A stretch of 64,000 nucleotides of DNA from Halarcobacter sp. (GTDB lineage Bacteria > Campylobacterota > Campylobacteria > Campylobacterales > Arcobacteraceae). Shown one piece after another: positions 49,625 through 60,171 of the stretch. A program made the translations under genes and the position numbers. The stretch spans positions 992,001 through 1,056,000 of the forward strand of contig CP182352.1 of the NCBI GenBank assembly GCA_048571215.1, in the 5' to 3' direction. Within the stretch, counting starts at the first letter, position 1; each line of letters starts with the position of its first letter. The notes beneath the pieces were generated by a model. That model searched no databases. It saw only the letters and a list, made by a program, of their open reading frames with translations, and had not been told where the DNA came from.

Positions 49625-49972
49625 TTGAATAATATTATAATCTGGCATAATCCTAGATGTTCAAAATCTAGAAATGCTTTGAATTATCTAGAAGAAAAAG
49701 GTATAAAACCACAAATCATAAAATATTTAGATGAAACACCAAGCTTTGAAGAGTTAAAGGAGATTTTAAAACTTTTAAATATGGATGCAAAAGAGCTTAT
49801 GCGAAAAGGTGAATCAATCTATAAAGAGTTAAATCTTAAAGAAGTAGATGACGAAGATAGTTTAGTAAAAGCTATGGTGGAGAATCCAAAATTAATAGAA
49901 AGACCAATTATCATAAATGGTAACAAAGCTGTTGTTGCAAGACCACTAGAAAATATTGATACAATCTTATAA
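49625..49972 (+). CDS. arsC: Arsenate reductase, ArsC family
   Basis: HNPRCSKSR, LMR, LIERPI, ARP. Confidence 0.85.
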   Translation: MNNIIIWHNPRCSKSRNALNYLEEKGIKPQIIKYLDETPSFEELKEILKLLNMDAKELMRKGESIYKELNLKEVDDEDSLVKAMVENPKLIERPIIINGNKAVVARPLENIDTIL

Positions 49973-50325
49973 TGCATGATAAACAATTAAGAATAAGATA
50001 TATTAGAGTTCTTGAAAAGTTTTTCACAAGAACCTTATCTTTACTAAAATTAGAAAATTTTGATAAACAACTTTTTATAGAAAGAACTCTTAAAAACTAC
50101 GAAGATTTAAAAAGAGTTAAGGCAATAGAGCTTAATTCTCAATATCTAACAGGTTTAATAAACTTTATAAATAAAACTTTAGATTACACACAAAACTCTT
50201 CGGATAGTTTTGAAGATGAGCGAAATACCTTATTAAAAGATGCAAATCTCTTACAAAAAGAGAAAAATCAAAGTGCTTACAAAAAAGAGAAACACAAAAA
50301 AGCTAAATTTGATGATGGCTATTAA
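49972..50325 (+). CDS. Hypothetical protein
   Basis: 117-aa ORF coupled by TAATG overlaps on both sides. Confidence 0.75.
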   Translation: MHDKQLRIRYIRVLEKFFTRTLSLLKLENFDKQLFIERTLKNYEDLKRVKAIELNSQYLTGLINFINKTLDYTQNSSDSFEDERNTLLKDANLLQKEKNQSAYKKEKHKKAKFDDGY

Positions 50326-52628
50326 TGCAAAAAAAACAAAACAATCAAGAAGAAAAACTATTTAATCTATCTGGAGTTATTAAAAAAGTTCTTTATACAA
50401 ATGAAGAAACTAAATATACAATTGCAGTTTTAGAAAACAATCAAAAAATATGTGGAACATACTTTGATACTGACATAGAGAAAATTGTTGGTGAAGAGAT
50501 TATCTTAACAGGTAATTGGATTACCCATAAAAAATATGGAGTACAGTTTGAGTTTCAAACTCTAGAACTAAAAGAAGCAGAACTATTTTTCTTTTTAACA
50601 AAGATTGTAAAAGGTGTTGGGAAAAAGTTTGCCCATGAATTACTTGAAAAATATGATGAAGATGAATTGGTTGAGATACTCAATGAAAACCCAAATGAAC
50701 TTTTAAATTTCAAAGGAATAAAAGAGAAAAAACTGCAAAAAATAGTTAGTTCTTGGCAAAAGTTCAAACACTTAAGGGAGTTAGGAAGTTTTTTATCAAA
50801 ATTTGGTGTAACTTCAAACCTTATTAATAAAATCTATTCAAATTTTAGTGAGGTTGATAATCTAATTGAAAAGATAAAAACAAACCCTTATATGTTAATC
50901 AATATAAAAGGTATAGGTTTTAAAAGGGCAGATGAGATTGCTAAGTCTTTAGGCATTGACCCAAAATCGGAGTTTAGAATCAATGCTTGTATAGATTATA
51001 CTTTAAGGGAGTTTTGTGATAACAATGGAAACTCTTCAATTGATAAATCCCATTTATATAAACTTTTAGATGAGGCATTAAATTTTTCAAATGAAGATAT
51101 TTTATATGAAACTTGCGTAACTAAAATGTTAGCTCAAGAGGATATTTTTCAAACCTCTCAATATAGACTTTCTCCTGCTATGCTGTATTTTGCAGAAAGA
51201 AGAGTATTGGAGTTCTTTCAAAGAAGGGAAAATGAACTTAATCCTAAAATCATATCTTCATTTGATAGCTATGTTGAAAAAAAAGAGCAAACCCTTGGGT
51301 TTAAACTAAATGATGAGCAAAAAAAAGCGGTAGAGCTTATAAATGGTGGACATAAAACACTTTTTTTGATTGGATATGCAGGAACTGGTAAATCCACATC
51401 AAGTAGGGCGATATTGGAGCTTCTTGAAGAGATAGTTGCTTTTGATGATATTATAACCATAGCCCTAAGTGGAATAGCAAGTCAAAGGATTTCTGATACT
51501 ACTGGATATAATAGCTCTACAATTCAATCATTATTTGTAAAACATGAGGATAAAGAGTTCTTCCCCCATAAGGTGATACTTTTAGATGAAGCTTCAATGG
51601 TAAACTCTGTAATGTTTTATAATCTAACAAAAAAGATAAATGATGACACTGTTTTTATTGTTGTAGGTGATGATGGACAACTTCCTGCAATTGGGGCTGG
51701 AAATATCTTAGCAGATGCAATAAAACACAACTTGGCTCCTATTTGTAAATTAGAAAAAATCTATAGACAAAGTAGCGATCAAGCAATCGCAGTGATTGCA
51801 AATGATATTAGACAAGGTGTTGTTCCTGAGTATAATGGAGAATATAAAGATTTCAAATTTATTGATGTATCTCAAAATAATTATTATGCAGTAAAAAACT
51901 CCTCTTCTAAAAGTGAGTTTTCTAATTTAAGAACACAAATAAGTGAAAATATACTTAACACAATTTTAAATATCTCTTCCCATTATATACAAGATTATTA
52001 CGATTTTATAAAAGATAAAAAGATATCAAAGGCTTTAACTTTATTTCAAGTGATAACTCCTATGAAAGCTGGAATTTTAGGTGTTGAAAACCTAAATATG
52101 CAACTTCAAATACTTTTTAACCATGTCAAAGCAAAATCACATAAAACAAAACTTTATGAGTATAAAGTAAGTGATAAAGTTATACATATAAAAAATGAAA
52201 ATATGAAAGCACAAACAATGAAGATGTATAAAACAGCTTCAAGTGAATATATTGAAAAACGGGTTTTTAATGGACAACTTGGGCTAATAATAAAACTTGA
52301 TTTTGAAGAGAATCAATGTATAGTTTTATATCCAACTGATGATATGGTTGTGTTTTATGATTTTGATGATTTAAGTTCACTTCTTAGTCTTGCATATTGT
52401 TTAACCATACATAAAACCCAAGGTATGGAGTATGAAAATGCACTTATACCTATGAGTTTTTCCCATTATATCATGCATAATACAAAGCTTTTATATACAG
52501 CAATCACAAGAGCAAAAAGTATGTGTTTTATTGTGGGAGAGGAAGAAGCTTTTAAAAGTGCTTGTAAAAGAATTGAGACAACTAGAAGAGAATCTGTAAT
52601 AAATGATTTATTATCTAAAACAAATTAG
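50325..52628 (+). CDS. recD2: RecD2-like ATP-dependent helicase
   Basis: HhH KGVGKK / GIGFKRAD, Walker A GYAGTGKS, LDEASM, GDDGQLP, TIHKTQGMEY, YTAITRA. Confidence 0.9.
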   Translation: MQKKQNNQEEKLFNLSGVIKKVLYTNEETKYTIAVLENNQKICGTYFDTDIEKIVGEEIILTGNWITHKKYGVQFEFQTLELKEAELFFFLTKIVKGVGKKFAHELLEKYDEDELVEILNENPNELLNFKGIKEKKLQKIVSSWQKFKHLRELGSFLSKFGVTSNLINKIYSNFSEVDNLIEKIKTNPYMLINIKGIGFKRADEIAKSLGIDPKSEFRINACIDYTLREFCDNNGNSSIDKSHLYKLLDEALNFSNEDILYETCVTKMLAQEDIFQTSQYRLSPAMLYFAERRVLEFFQRRENELNPKIISSFDSYVEKKEQTLGFKLNDEQKKAVELINGGHKTLFLIGYAGTGKSTSSRAILELLEEIVAFDDIITIALSGIASQRISDTTGYNSSTIQSLFVKHEDKEFFPHKVILLDEASMVNSVMFYNLTKKINDDTVFIVVGDDGQLPAIGAGNILADAIKHNLAPICKLEKIYRQSSDQAIAVIANDIRQGVVPEYNGEYKDFKFIDVSQNNYYAVKNSSSKSEFSNLRTQISENILNTILNISSHYIQDYYDFIKDKKISKALTLFQVITPMKAGILGVENLNMQLQILFNHVKAKSHKTKLYEYKVSDKVIHIKNENMKAQTMKMYKTASSEYIEKRVFNGQLGLIIKLDFEENQCIVLYPTDDMVVFYDFDDLSSLLSLAYCLTIHKTQGMEYENALIPMSFSHYIMHNTKLLYTAITRAKSMCFIVGEEEAFKSACKRIETTRRESVINDLLSKTN

Positions 52629-52695
52629 TTAACTTTTACCTATTTAAAAGTAACTTTTAAGTAATATATCTAAAATTTTAAAAAGGTAATATTTA

Positions 52696-54156
52696 ATGAT
52701 AACTTGGATGCAAAGACACAAAAAATGGCTTGTAATAACTATTTGGGTAAGTACTATCGCGTTTGTCGGAGCAGGATTTGTTGGCTGGGGGTCTTATGAT
52801 TATGGTTCAAAAAGTGGTGCAGTAGCTGTTGTTGGAGATAGAAAGATATCTGTTGAAGAGTATCAAAGAGAGTATTCATCTTTATATGATCAATACGCAA
52901 AAATGTTTGGTGCACAGTTTAACAAAGAGTTAGCAGATAAGTTAAATCTTAAAAAAGCGGCATACGACCTTGCAATACAAAAAAATCTTATCTTATCTTA
53001 TGGTGATGAGTTAGGTTTAGATGTTACAGATGAAGAGATTGCAAAACAATTAGTAAAATATGAAGCTTTTAAAAAAGATGGCAAATTTGATAAAGATACA
53101 TATATAAAAGTATTAAGACAGAATAGAACAACTCCTAAAGAGTTTGAAGCTTCTCTAAGAAGAGATCTTTTATTACAAAAAATTGAATCAATATTTAAAA
53201 TCGAAGTAAGTAAAAATGAGCTTAAAAACTTAAATAAATTGCTATTTTCAGAAGATGAATTATCTATAAAAATTTTAGATGCAAATAGTTTTTCTGTAGA
53301 TATAAAAGATAAAGATTTAAAAAACTATTGGGAAACAAATAAAGATAATTATAAATCAAAACCATCAATTCAGCTAGATATAGATGAATTAGCTATCTCT
53401 AATAATACATATACTCAAGAAGAGATTGCAGAATATTACAAAAACTTTAGAACAGATTTCAAAAAAGATGATGGTAAGATAAAATCTTTAGATGAAGCAA
53501 AAGAAGATATTATAAGAGTTTTAAATGCAAAAGATAGTAAAAAAATGGCACTTAAAAAGTATCTAAAACTTAAAAAAGGTGAAGAAAAATTTTCAAGCTC
53601 TAAAAAATATCTTGAAGAGAATTTACCATACTCTGTGGAAAACAATAAAGAGATTTTATCTCAAGTTCCAGGAGATGTTCTAAAACCATTTTTAGAAGGT
53701 GATAAATATATCATTGTAAAAATTTTAAATAAAACTTTACCAAAAACTTTATCATTTGAAGATGCAAAGGCTATGGTTTTAAAAGATTATGAGAAAGTTG
53801 CAAAGTCTCTAAAAGTTGAGCAAGAGGCTACTAATATGTTAAAAGATTTTAAAGGACAAGATATAGGTTATGTGTCAAGAAACTCGTTTAACAAGATTCC
53901 AGGGCTTAACAAAGATGAAGCCTTGTCATTTTTAAATAAACTTTTTGCAAAAACAGAAAAAAAAGGTAAAATAACAATTGGAGATAAAGTAGTTTTATAT
54001 AAAATTGATAATGCAAAACTAGCTTCATATGACCCAAAGAAAGATGAAGCTGTAAAAACTACAATGAATAATCTATTAAATCAAGAACTTATGAATAATT
54101 TTATAAAAAGTTTAGAAAAAAGATATGAAGTTCAATCTACAGAATTTAAGGAGTAA
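52696..54156 (+). CDS. ppiD: PpiD/SurA-N-domain periplasmic chaperone
   Basis: MITWMQRHKK TM anchor, AVVGDRKIS, DGKFDKDTY; upstream of ftsA as in Campylobacterota. Confidence 0.82.
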   Translation: MITWMQRHKKWLVITIWVSTIAFVGAGFVGWGSYDYGSKSGAVAVVGDRKISVEEYQREYSSLYDQYAKMFGAQFNKELADKLNLKKAAYDLAIQKNLILSYGDELGLDVTDEEIAKQLVKYEAFKKDGKFDKDTYIKVLRQNRTTPKEFEASLRRDLLLQKIESIFKIEVSKNELKNLNKLLFSEDELSIKILDANSFSVDIKDKDLKNYWETNKDNYKSKPSIQLDIDELAISNNTYTQEEIAEYYKNFRTDFKKDDGKIKSLDEAKEDIIRVLNAKDSKKMALKKYLKLKKGEEKFSSSKKYLEENLPYSVENNKEILSQVPGDVLKPFLEGDKYIIVKILNKTLPKTLSFEDAKAMVLKDYEKVAKSLKVEQEATNMLKDFKGQDIGYVSRNSFNKIPGLNKDEALSFLNKLFAKTEKKGKITIGDKVVLYKIDNAKLASYDPKKDEAVKTTMNNLLNQELMNNFIKSLEKRYEVQSTEFKE

Positions 54157-54159
54157 TAC

Positions 54160-55554
54160 TTGAATAAAACTCTCTTAGCTATTGATATTGGTTCGTCAAG
54201 TATAACAGCAGTTATTGCAAGGAATAATTTAGAATATAAAATCAATATTTTAGGAACGGGTACATCAAAAAGTAAAGGGATTAATAAAGGTGTGATTTCA
54301 AATATTGAAGTTGCATCAAAATGTATAAGGGAAGCAGTTTCAATTGCAAAGAAAAATACAACTGAAGCAATAGATTCAACTGTTGTATCTATCTCTGGAG
54401 CTTATACAAAAGGTGTTAGAAGTGCTGGTAGTGTAAATATACCAAACGGACTTATCACAGAAAGTGAGATAAATCAAGTTCTTCAAATGGCACTTTATAA
54501 TGCGACTATTATCCCAGAATATGAAGTTATACATGTAATTCCATTATCATTTAAGATAGATGACTCTGCTGATGTTGAAAATCCATTAAATATGAATGGT
54601 TCTAGACTTGAAGCTTCTGTTTTTATAGTTACTGCTAAAAAAACAGCTCTTACAAATATCAAGTCTGCTTTTAAAATGGCAAATTTAGGTGTAAACAACT
54701 TTGTTTTAGATGCTTATGCTTCTGCAATTTCAATATTAGACGAGCAACAAAGAAATTTTGGTGCAACTGTTATAAATATAGGTGATACTACAACTGAATA
54801 TGCATGTTATAAAGGAAACTCTCTTATTTATAATGGTTTTGTTCCTGTGGGATCCCATCATATTACAAATGACTTATCTGTTATGTTACATACCCCTCCA
54901 ATTGCAGCAGAAAAAATAAAAACAGAGTATGGGGATTTACTTAAATCCTCTGAAGAATTAGTAAATAAAAAAGTTAGAACTCCAAGAATAGGTGATGAAA
55001 AGAACTCTTCTGAAGTATCATTAGAACATATCCAAACAATTATTCATGCAAGAATTGAAGAGACTTTGATTTTAGTTAGAAATAGTCTCAAAAAAAGTGG
55101 TATTCATGAAAATTTAGGTGCAGGGATTGTTATTACTGGTGGTACGGCTAAATTAGTAGGGATAAAAGAGTTAGCAACTTTAATTTTTGATAATCTACCT
55201 GTTAAAATCTCTACACCAATAAATATTAAAAATGGTTATATGAGTTTTGAAGATGAGAAGATGGCAACAATTGTTGGTTTACTTCTTTATTCATTAGAAA
55301 CAAATAGAAATTTTGAATTAGATTCAAATAAAAATCTAATTATGAAAATAAAAATGGAAGAGAATAATGTTGCAAATGAAGAGTTTATCTCTAATGAGCA
55401 GGTAAAGCCTAAAAATATTCAAAAAGAACAAAAACAAAGATCTCAAGAAGAGTTTAAGGGTAATACAAATACTACAATTTTACCTACTATATCAAAAGAT
55501 AAAAAAGGTAAAGGAGTATCAAGAATCTGGAATATGATCACGGAGTGGTTTTGA
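54160..55554 (+). CDS. ftsA: Cell division protein FtsA
   Basis: AIDIGSS, VGSHHITNDL, AEKIK, VITGG, C-terminal amphipathic RIWNMITEWF. Confidence 0.96.
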   Translation: MNKTLLAIDIGSSSITAVIARNNLEYKINILGTGTSKSKGINKGVISNIEVASKCIREAVSIAKKNTTEAIDSTVVSISGAYTKGVRSAGSVNIPNGLITESEINQVLQMALYNATIIPEYEVIHVIPLSFKIDDSADVENPLNMNGSRLEASVFIVTAKKTALTNIKSAFKMANLGVNNFVLDAYASAISILDEQQRNFGATVINIGDTTTEYACYKGNSLIYNGFVPVGSHHITNDLSVMLHTPPIAAEKIKTEYGDLLKSSEELVNKKVRTPRIGDEKNSSEVSLEHIQTIIHARIEETLILVRNSLKKSGIHENLGAGIVITGGTAKLVGIKELATLIFDNLPVKISTPINIKNGYMSFEDEKMATIVGLLLYSLETNRNFELDSNKNLIMKIKMEENNVANEEFISNEQVKPKNIQKEQKQRSQEEFKGNTNTTILPTISKDKKGKGVSRIWNMITEWF

Positions 55555-56693
55555 TGAATGATAATTTATTTAAGGTGGATGATATAAAAGTGGAAATGCC
55601 AAATCAAACGTTGTCAGATAATGTAGCTAAAATTGCAGTAATTGGAGTTGGAGGTGGTGGTTGTAATATGGTCAATCATATGATAAATGAGGGAACTCAT
55701 AAGATTGACTTAATATCAGCAAATACTGATATGCAAGTATTACACATCTCAAAAGCTCCTAAAAAAATCCAACTGGGAATCAAGCTTACAAAAGGTTTAG
55801 GTGCTGGAATGAAGCCAGAAATTGGTAGAGATTCAGCAGTTGAAAGTTATGAAGATATTAAAAATTCACTAAAGGGTGCAGATATTGTATTTATTGCAGC
55901 TGGTCTTGGTGGAGGTACAGGGACTGGAGCTGCTGCAATTATTGCTAAAGCAGCAAAAGAGATAGGTGCTCTTACTGTATCAGTTGTGACTAAACCTTTT
56001 TCTTGGGAAGGTAAAAAAAGAGCAGGGCTTGCAAATCTTGGTTTAGAAGAGATTAAAAAAGTTAGTGACTCTATTATTGTAATCCCAAATGATAGATTAT
56101 TAGAGATAATTGATGAAAATGTAGGTATGAAAGATGCCTTTAAAATCATAGATAATATTCTTTATCAAGCTGTAAATGGTATGAGTGAAGTTATCCTAAA
56201 TCCAGGAAACTCTGATATCAATACTGACTTTGCTGATGTTAAAACTATTATGCAACACAAAGGTATGGCATTGATGGGTATTGGTAAAGCAAAAGGTGAG
56301 AATGCTGCCCAAAGAGCTTTAGAAAATGCTATTGATTCACCACTTTTAGATAAGGTATCACTAGGTGGAGCAAAAGGTATTTTAATCCACTTTAATATCC
56401 ATCCACAAGTATCATTATTTGCAATCAATGATGTTATGTCTAGAATTCATGAAACAATTGATTCAAATGCTGAGATTATTTTTGGTACCACTTCTGATAA
56501 TACTTTAGAAACAGATGAAGTTAAGATAACTATTGTAGCAACTGGTTTTGAGTCTAAAAATATCTCTTCTGAAGTTGAAACAAAAGAAAATGATGAGGAA
56601 AATTCTCAAAAAGTATCAATGGATGATGAAAACTATTTAGATATTCCACCACTTATGAGAGATTATAAAGTACAATATCAAATCGAACAATAA
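55554..56693 (+). CDS. ftsZ: Cell division protein FtsZ
   Basis: GVGGGGCN, GGGTGTG tubulin signature, DINTDFAD, LDIPPLMR; start ATG 55554 (or TTG 55551). Confidence 0.98.
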   Translation: MNDNLFKVDDIKVEMPNQTLSDNVAKIAVIGVGGGGCNMVNHMINEGTHKIDLISANTDMQVLHISKAPKKIQLGIKLTKGLGAGMKPEIGRDSAVESYEDIKNSLKGADIVFIAAGLGGGTGTGAAAIIAKAAKEIGALTVSVVTKPFSWEGKKRAGLANLGLEEIKKVSDSIIVIPNDRLLEIIDENVGMKDAFKIIDNILYQAVNGMSEVILNPGNSDINTDFADVKTIMQHKGMALMGIGKAKGENAAQRALENAIDSPLLDKVSLGGAKGILIHFNIHPQVSLFAINDVMSRIHETIDSNAEIIFGTTSDNTLETDEVKITIVATGFESKNISSEVETKENDEENSQKVSMDDENYLDIPPLMRDYKVQYQIEQ

Positions 56694-56718
56694 AATCTAA
56701 CATTATGTTAGATTTTAT
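56690..56718. terminator. Bidirectional hairpin between convergent ftsZ and hspR
   Basis: ATAAAATCTAACA-TTA-TGTTAGATTTTAT perfect 13-bp inverted repeat. Confidence 0.7.
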
Positions 56719-56721
56719 AAA

Positions 56722-57102
56722 TTATTCTTCAAAAATAACTATATCGTAAGAACTTTTTTTAATAACCAAAGCTTTTGAGTTTGGAACAAGTCCAAATTTA
56801 TTTACATCTTTTAATTTAGATTTATAAGATTTTATCTCATCTTCTAAATTGCTAATCTTATCATTTAACTGTAAAATCAAATCAACACCTGCTAGATTGA
56901 TGCCTAACTCTCTTGTTAAAGTTAATACATATTTGATATGGTCTATATCTTTTTGTGAATAGAGTCTTATCTTTCCATTTGTTCGAGAGGGTTTTATAAG
57001 CCCCTCCCTTTCATATTGTCTTAAAGTCTGTGGATGAATACTAAGTATCTCTGCAACAGCTGAAATAAGGTAAACAGGTTCATTGTATGCATTTGAATCC
57101 AT
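56722..57102 (-). CDS. hspR: Heat-shock repressor HspR (MerR family)
   Basis: EPVYLISAVAEILSIHPQTLRQYEREGLIKPSRT; downstream of cbpA. Confidence 0.95.
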   Translation of the reverse strand: MDSNAYNEPVYLISAVAEILSIHPQTLRQYEREGLIKPSRTNGKIRLYSQKDIDHIKYVLTLTRELGINLAGVDLILQLNDKISNLEDEIKSYKSKLKDVNKFGLVPNSKALVIKKSSYDIVIFEE

Positions 57103-57112
57103 AAAATCTCCT

Positions 57113-57988
57113 TTAGATTGTATCAGGCAGTTTTTCTTCTAACATAGATTTAAAATCTTCATCTAAATCATCAAGTTTTGGCAATACAATATTTGCTTTC
57201 AAATATAAATCACCTTTTTGCGAAGTAGTTCTATTTAAAGCTCCAAGCTCTTTTACTCTAAATCTTTGATATTGTTTTGTATTTTGAGGAACTTTTAAAG
57301 TTATGGTTTTATAGATTGTTTTTATCTCAACTTTTCCACCAAATAGGGCAGTTTTCAAAGGTATATCAAATATTTTTGTTAGGGTATCTCCCTCCCTTGT
57401 GTACTCGGGACTAGATGCAACATTAATTTTTATAATCAAATCTCCACGTCTTCCTTGATATGCTTTACCTTTCCCTTTCGCTCTAATTTTTTGACCATCT
57501 TTTATACCTTCAGGTATTTTTATATCAAAAGAATCACCATTTAGCGAGATATGTTGTTTACCTCCTAAAATTGATACATCAAATGCTATGGTAATCTGAG
57601 CTTGTGTATCAAGATCTGGTTCATTAAATCCTCCATTAAAGCCATTGAAACCAGAAGAAGATGAAAAACCACTACCTCCAAATCCACCTTGACCAAACAT
57701 TTGTCTTAAAATATCATCTAAGTCTACTCCTGAACCTTGACCTCTTGCAAAATCATGGAAGTTTTGACCACCAAACATTGAATCACCAAACTGATCATAT
57801 TGCTGTTTTTTCTCTGGGTCTGATAAAACCTCATAGGCAGCATTTATCTCTTTAAATTTATCTTCTGCCCCAGCATCTTTATTTACGTCTGGGTGATATT
57901 TTCTTGCTAATTTTCTATAAGCTTTTTTTATCTCGTCAGCGCTAGCTCCTTCGCTAACCTCTAATGTTTCATATAAACTTTTTGCCAT
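57113..57988 (-). CDS. cbpA: DnaJ-family co-chaperone CbpA
   Basis: J-domain HPD, G/F-rich region, DnaJ_C, no zinc finger. Confidence 0.92.
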   Translation of the reverse strand: MAKSLYETLEVSEGASADEIKKAYRKLARKYHPDVNKDAGAEDKFKEINAAYEVLSDPEKKQQYDQFGDSMFGGQNFHDFARGQGSGVDLDDILRQMFGQGGFGGSGFSSSSGFNGFNGGFNEPDLDTQAQITIAFDVSILGGKQHISLNGDSFDIKIPEGIKDGQKIRAKGKGKAYQGRRGDLIIKINVASSPEYTREGDTLTKIFDIPLKTALFGGKVEIKTIYKTITLKVPQNTKQYQRFRVKELGALNRTTSQKGDLYLKANIVLPKLDDLDEDFKSMLEEKLPDTI

Positions 57989-58036
57989 TTTTTATCCTAT
58001 AATATATTCTAATTTCAATAAATATTTTACCATAAA

Positions 58037-58057
58037 CTTGAGTCAATGTCAATCAAG
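58037..58057. promoter_or_regulatory. HAIR element (HspR operator) 1
   Basis: CTTGAGT-N7-AATCAAG versus consensus CTTGAGT-N7-ACTCAAG, upstream of cbpA-hspR. Confidence 0.85.
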
Positions 58058-58100
58058 TTTATAATAATTTTTAGCACATATAAAAATATGTGTAGTTTTA

Positions 58101-58121
58101 ATTGAGTCATTAAGACTAAGA
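58101..58121. promoter_or_regulatory. HAIR-like element 2
   Basis: ATTGAGT-N7-ACTAAGA, 64 bp from the first site. Confidence 0.6.
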
Positions 58122-58172
58122 GAATTAAATCCATTTTAACTACTTTTAATCAATATTTTGCAATTATTCCTT

Positions 58173-58499
58173 ATGTTTAATAAAGATGAATGGACTCAGC
58201 AAGAGTTATACAAAAATATAAAAGAGCTTCAAAAAGAAGATATAAAAGTAGTATTAGTAGATACTATATTAAAACCTATAGATAATATTGAAACAATCAC
58301 TTATAATCCTTATGAGTTAGAAAAAATGCCAAAGGGCTCAGTGTTTGTGTTTTATTGTGATACTGGCAAAACTACAAAAGAGCGATTAAATTATTATAAA
58401 AAGAGATTTCCAAATCATAAATGTGTAAGTTTGAGAGGTGGAAGAGGTTATTGGAGACCAAATTATCAACTTCAAGATGAGATAAAAAATGATCTCTAA
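58173..58499 (+). CDS. Rhodanese-like small protein
   Basis: VFYCDTGKT active-site-like loop and SLRGG..YW motif. Confidence 0.65.
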   Translation: MFNKDEWTQQELYKNIKELQKEDIKVVLVDTILKPIDNIETITYNPYELEKMPKGSVFVFYCDTGKTTKERLNYYKKRFPNHKCVSLRGGRGYWRPNYQLQDEIKNDL

Positions 58500-59664
58500 A
58501 GAGTATGATTATGTGATAATAGGTGCCGGAATTGCAGGATGTAGTGTTGCACACTTTTTAACAAAATATTCAAACTCAATACTTCTAATAGATAGAAACT
58601 GTGATATAGCACAAGGTGCAAGTGGTGCAGCAGGAGCTTTTTTATCTCCACTTTTAGGAAAACCAAATAAATTTAAAGATTTAGTTACAACTTCTCTTAA
58701 ATTCTCAACAAAACTATATAAAGAATATATCTTTGAACATATAACAAACTGTGGGGTTGTTAGAATTCCTAAAAATAAAGAAGATAGAGTTAAATTTGAA
58801 AATTATAAACCTTATATGGATTTTGAGTTTAAGCAAGAGGGTGAAGGGTATTTTTTTGAGATAGGTTCTCAAGTAAATTCATATGATATATGTAAGTATT
58901 TATCAAAAGATGTAGAAAAAAGCTTAAAGTATGAGGTGAAAAAACTAGAAAAAATAGATAATACTTGGCAAATCAATGGTGAAATCAATGCTAAAAATAT
59001 TATTTTAACTACTGGGGCTGATATTAGCTTGATAAATGAGAAGTATTTTAATATACGAGCAGTTTGGGGAGAAAAGATTGATATAAAATCTTCTACAAAT
59101 ACTAAAGTTAACTACCACAAAGAGTGTTCTTTGTCGCATAGTAGATATGATGAAAAAGAGAATATAAACTATTTATCTATAGGTGCAACTCACAATAGAA
59201 TAGATTGTAATTTCAGCATTTGTAATCATTGTTATAAAAAATTAAAACTAAGCGAGCAAGGTTTTGATACATATAATAAAGAGTTGATAAATAGTGATAC
59301 AAATAAACTTTTAAAATTAGCCAATGATATAAAAAAATTAGATGATGTAGAAGTTATTGATATAAAAATTGGAGCTAGAGCTTCAAGTGTTGATTATTTT
59401 CCAATGGTTGGCAAATTAGTAGACTCACAAAAAACTTTACAAGAGTTTCCTCATCTAGTAAATGGTTCTTTTATAAAAGATAAGATGTTAAGTGAAACTG
59501 ATAATTTATATGTTTTGAATGGAGTAGGGGGTAGAGGTTATGTTTTATCACCTTATTTGGCATATAATCTAGTAGAAAATATAATTAATAAAAAACCACT
59601 GCAAGAAGATATTATAAGTCATAGACTCTTTAAAAGATGGGTTAAAAGAGTTAAAAATACCTAA
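58489..59664 (+). CDS. FAD-dependent oxidoreductase, MnmC C-terminal-like
   Basis: IIGAGIAG, AQGASG, GATH, RASSVDYFPMVG, NGVGGRG. Confidence 0.75.
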   Translation: MISKEYDYVIIGAGIAGCSVAHFLTKYSNSILLIDRNCDIAQGASGAAGAFLSPLLGKPNKFKDLVTTSLKFSTKLYKEYIFEHITNCGVVRIPKNKEDRVKFENYKPYMDFEFKQEGEGYFFEIGSQVNSYDICKYLSKDVEKSLKYEVKKLEKIDNTWQINGEINAKNIILTTGADISLINEKYFNIRAVWGEKIDIKSSTNTKVNYHKECSLSHSRYDEKENINYLSIGATHNRIDCNFSICNHCYKKLKLSEQGFDTYNKELINSDTNKLLKLANDIKKLDDVEVIDIKIGARASSVDYFPMVGKLVDSQKTLQEFPHLVNGSFIKDKMLSETDNLYVLNGVGGRGYVLSPYLAYNLVENIINKKPLQEDIISHRLFKRWVKRVKNT

Positions 59665-59682
59665 AATTTAAAAATAATATTT

Positions 59683-59704
59683 ATTGAGACAAAATTGAGA
59701 CAAA
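59683..59704 (+). promoter_or_regulatory. Tandem direct-repeat box (OmpR/PhoB-like), copy 1
   Basis: ATTGAGACAAA repeated exactly twice with an 11-bp period, followed by TGnTACCAT (59709-59717). Confidence 0.7.
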
Positions 59705-59746
59705 AAAATGATACCATTTCTGTATATCAATTATATGGAGGATGGT

Positions 59747-59905
59747 ATGTTAAATTTAGATTTTATATTAAACGTTATACTTTTTAGTACTATTGGTATG
59801 ATAATCATTGAAGTTGGAATCCTTATTTATAAAAAAATAAAAAGTAAAAAACAAAATAGTTTAAAAAATGAAAAAAGAGATAAAAAAGAGATATTTTTTA
59901 TCTAA
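59747..59905 (+). CDS. Small single-pass membrane protein (52 aa)
   Basis: GGAGGA RBS, ATG 59747; hydrophobic stretch then Lys-rich tail. Confidence 0.65.
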   Translation: MLNLDFILNVILFSTIGMIIIEVGILIYKKIKSKKQNSLKNEKRDKKEIFFI

Positions 59906-59965
59906 AAGAGACTATTTAGAAACCTTATTAAGATAATATACATCTGAATTTTATTAAAAGGTTTT

Positions 59966-60136
59966 TTGTTTTTGAAGTTTATTTTAAAAGATTATAAATA
60001 TTTATTTAGTGTAATTTTAATATTGTTTTTAATTTATATTAATATTATTCTCGATTGGTTTTGGATAGTAACTTTATTTATTTCAACATCTATATTGATT
60101 TACTTATATATTATAGATATAAAAAAAGAGGAATAA
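59966..60136 (+). CDS. Putative small two-TM membrane protein (54-56 aa)
   Basis: AAAAGG RBS, TTG 59966 or 59972; FLKFILKDYKYLFSVILILFLIYINIILDWFWIVTLFISTSILIYLYIIDIKKEE; not in the ORF track. Confidence 0.5.
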   Translation: MFLKFILKDYKYLFSVILILFLIYINIILDWFWIVTLFISTSILIYLYIIDIKKEE

Positions 60137-60150
60137 GCTTTCCCCTTTTT
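60121..60150. terminator. Likely bidirectional intrinsic terminator
   Basis: AAAAAAAGAGGAA-TAAGCT-TTCCCCTTTTT stem with A and T tails, between convergent genes. Confidence 0.6.
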
Positions 60151-60171
60151 ATTATAAACAGGATTTAGATA

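Noticed and set aside
979..58554. Many 60-170 aa ORFs antisense to or nested in long genes (e.g. 979-1221, 5657-6004, 9960-10478, 18441-18803, 55847-56149)
   Set aside because: They are shadow frames of well-supported genes, with no recognisable motifs.
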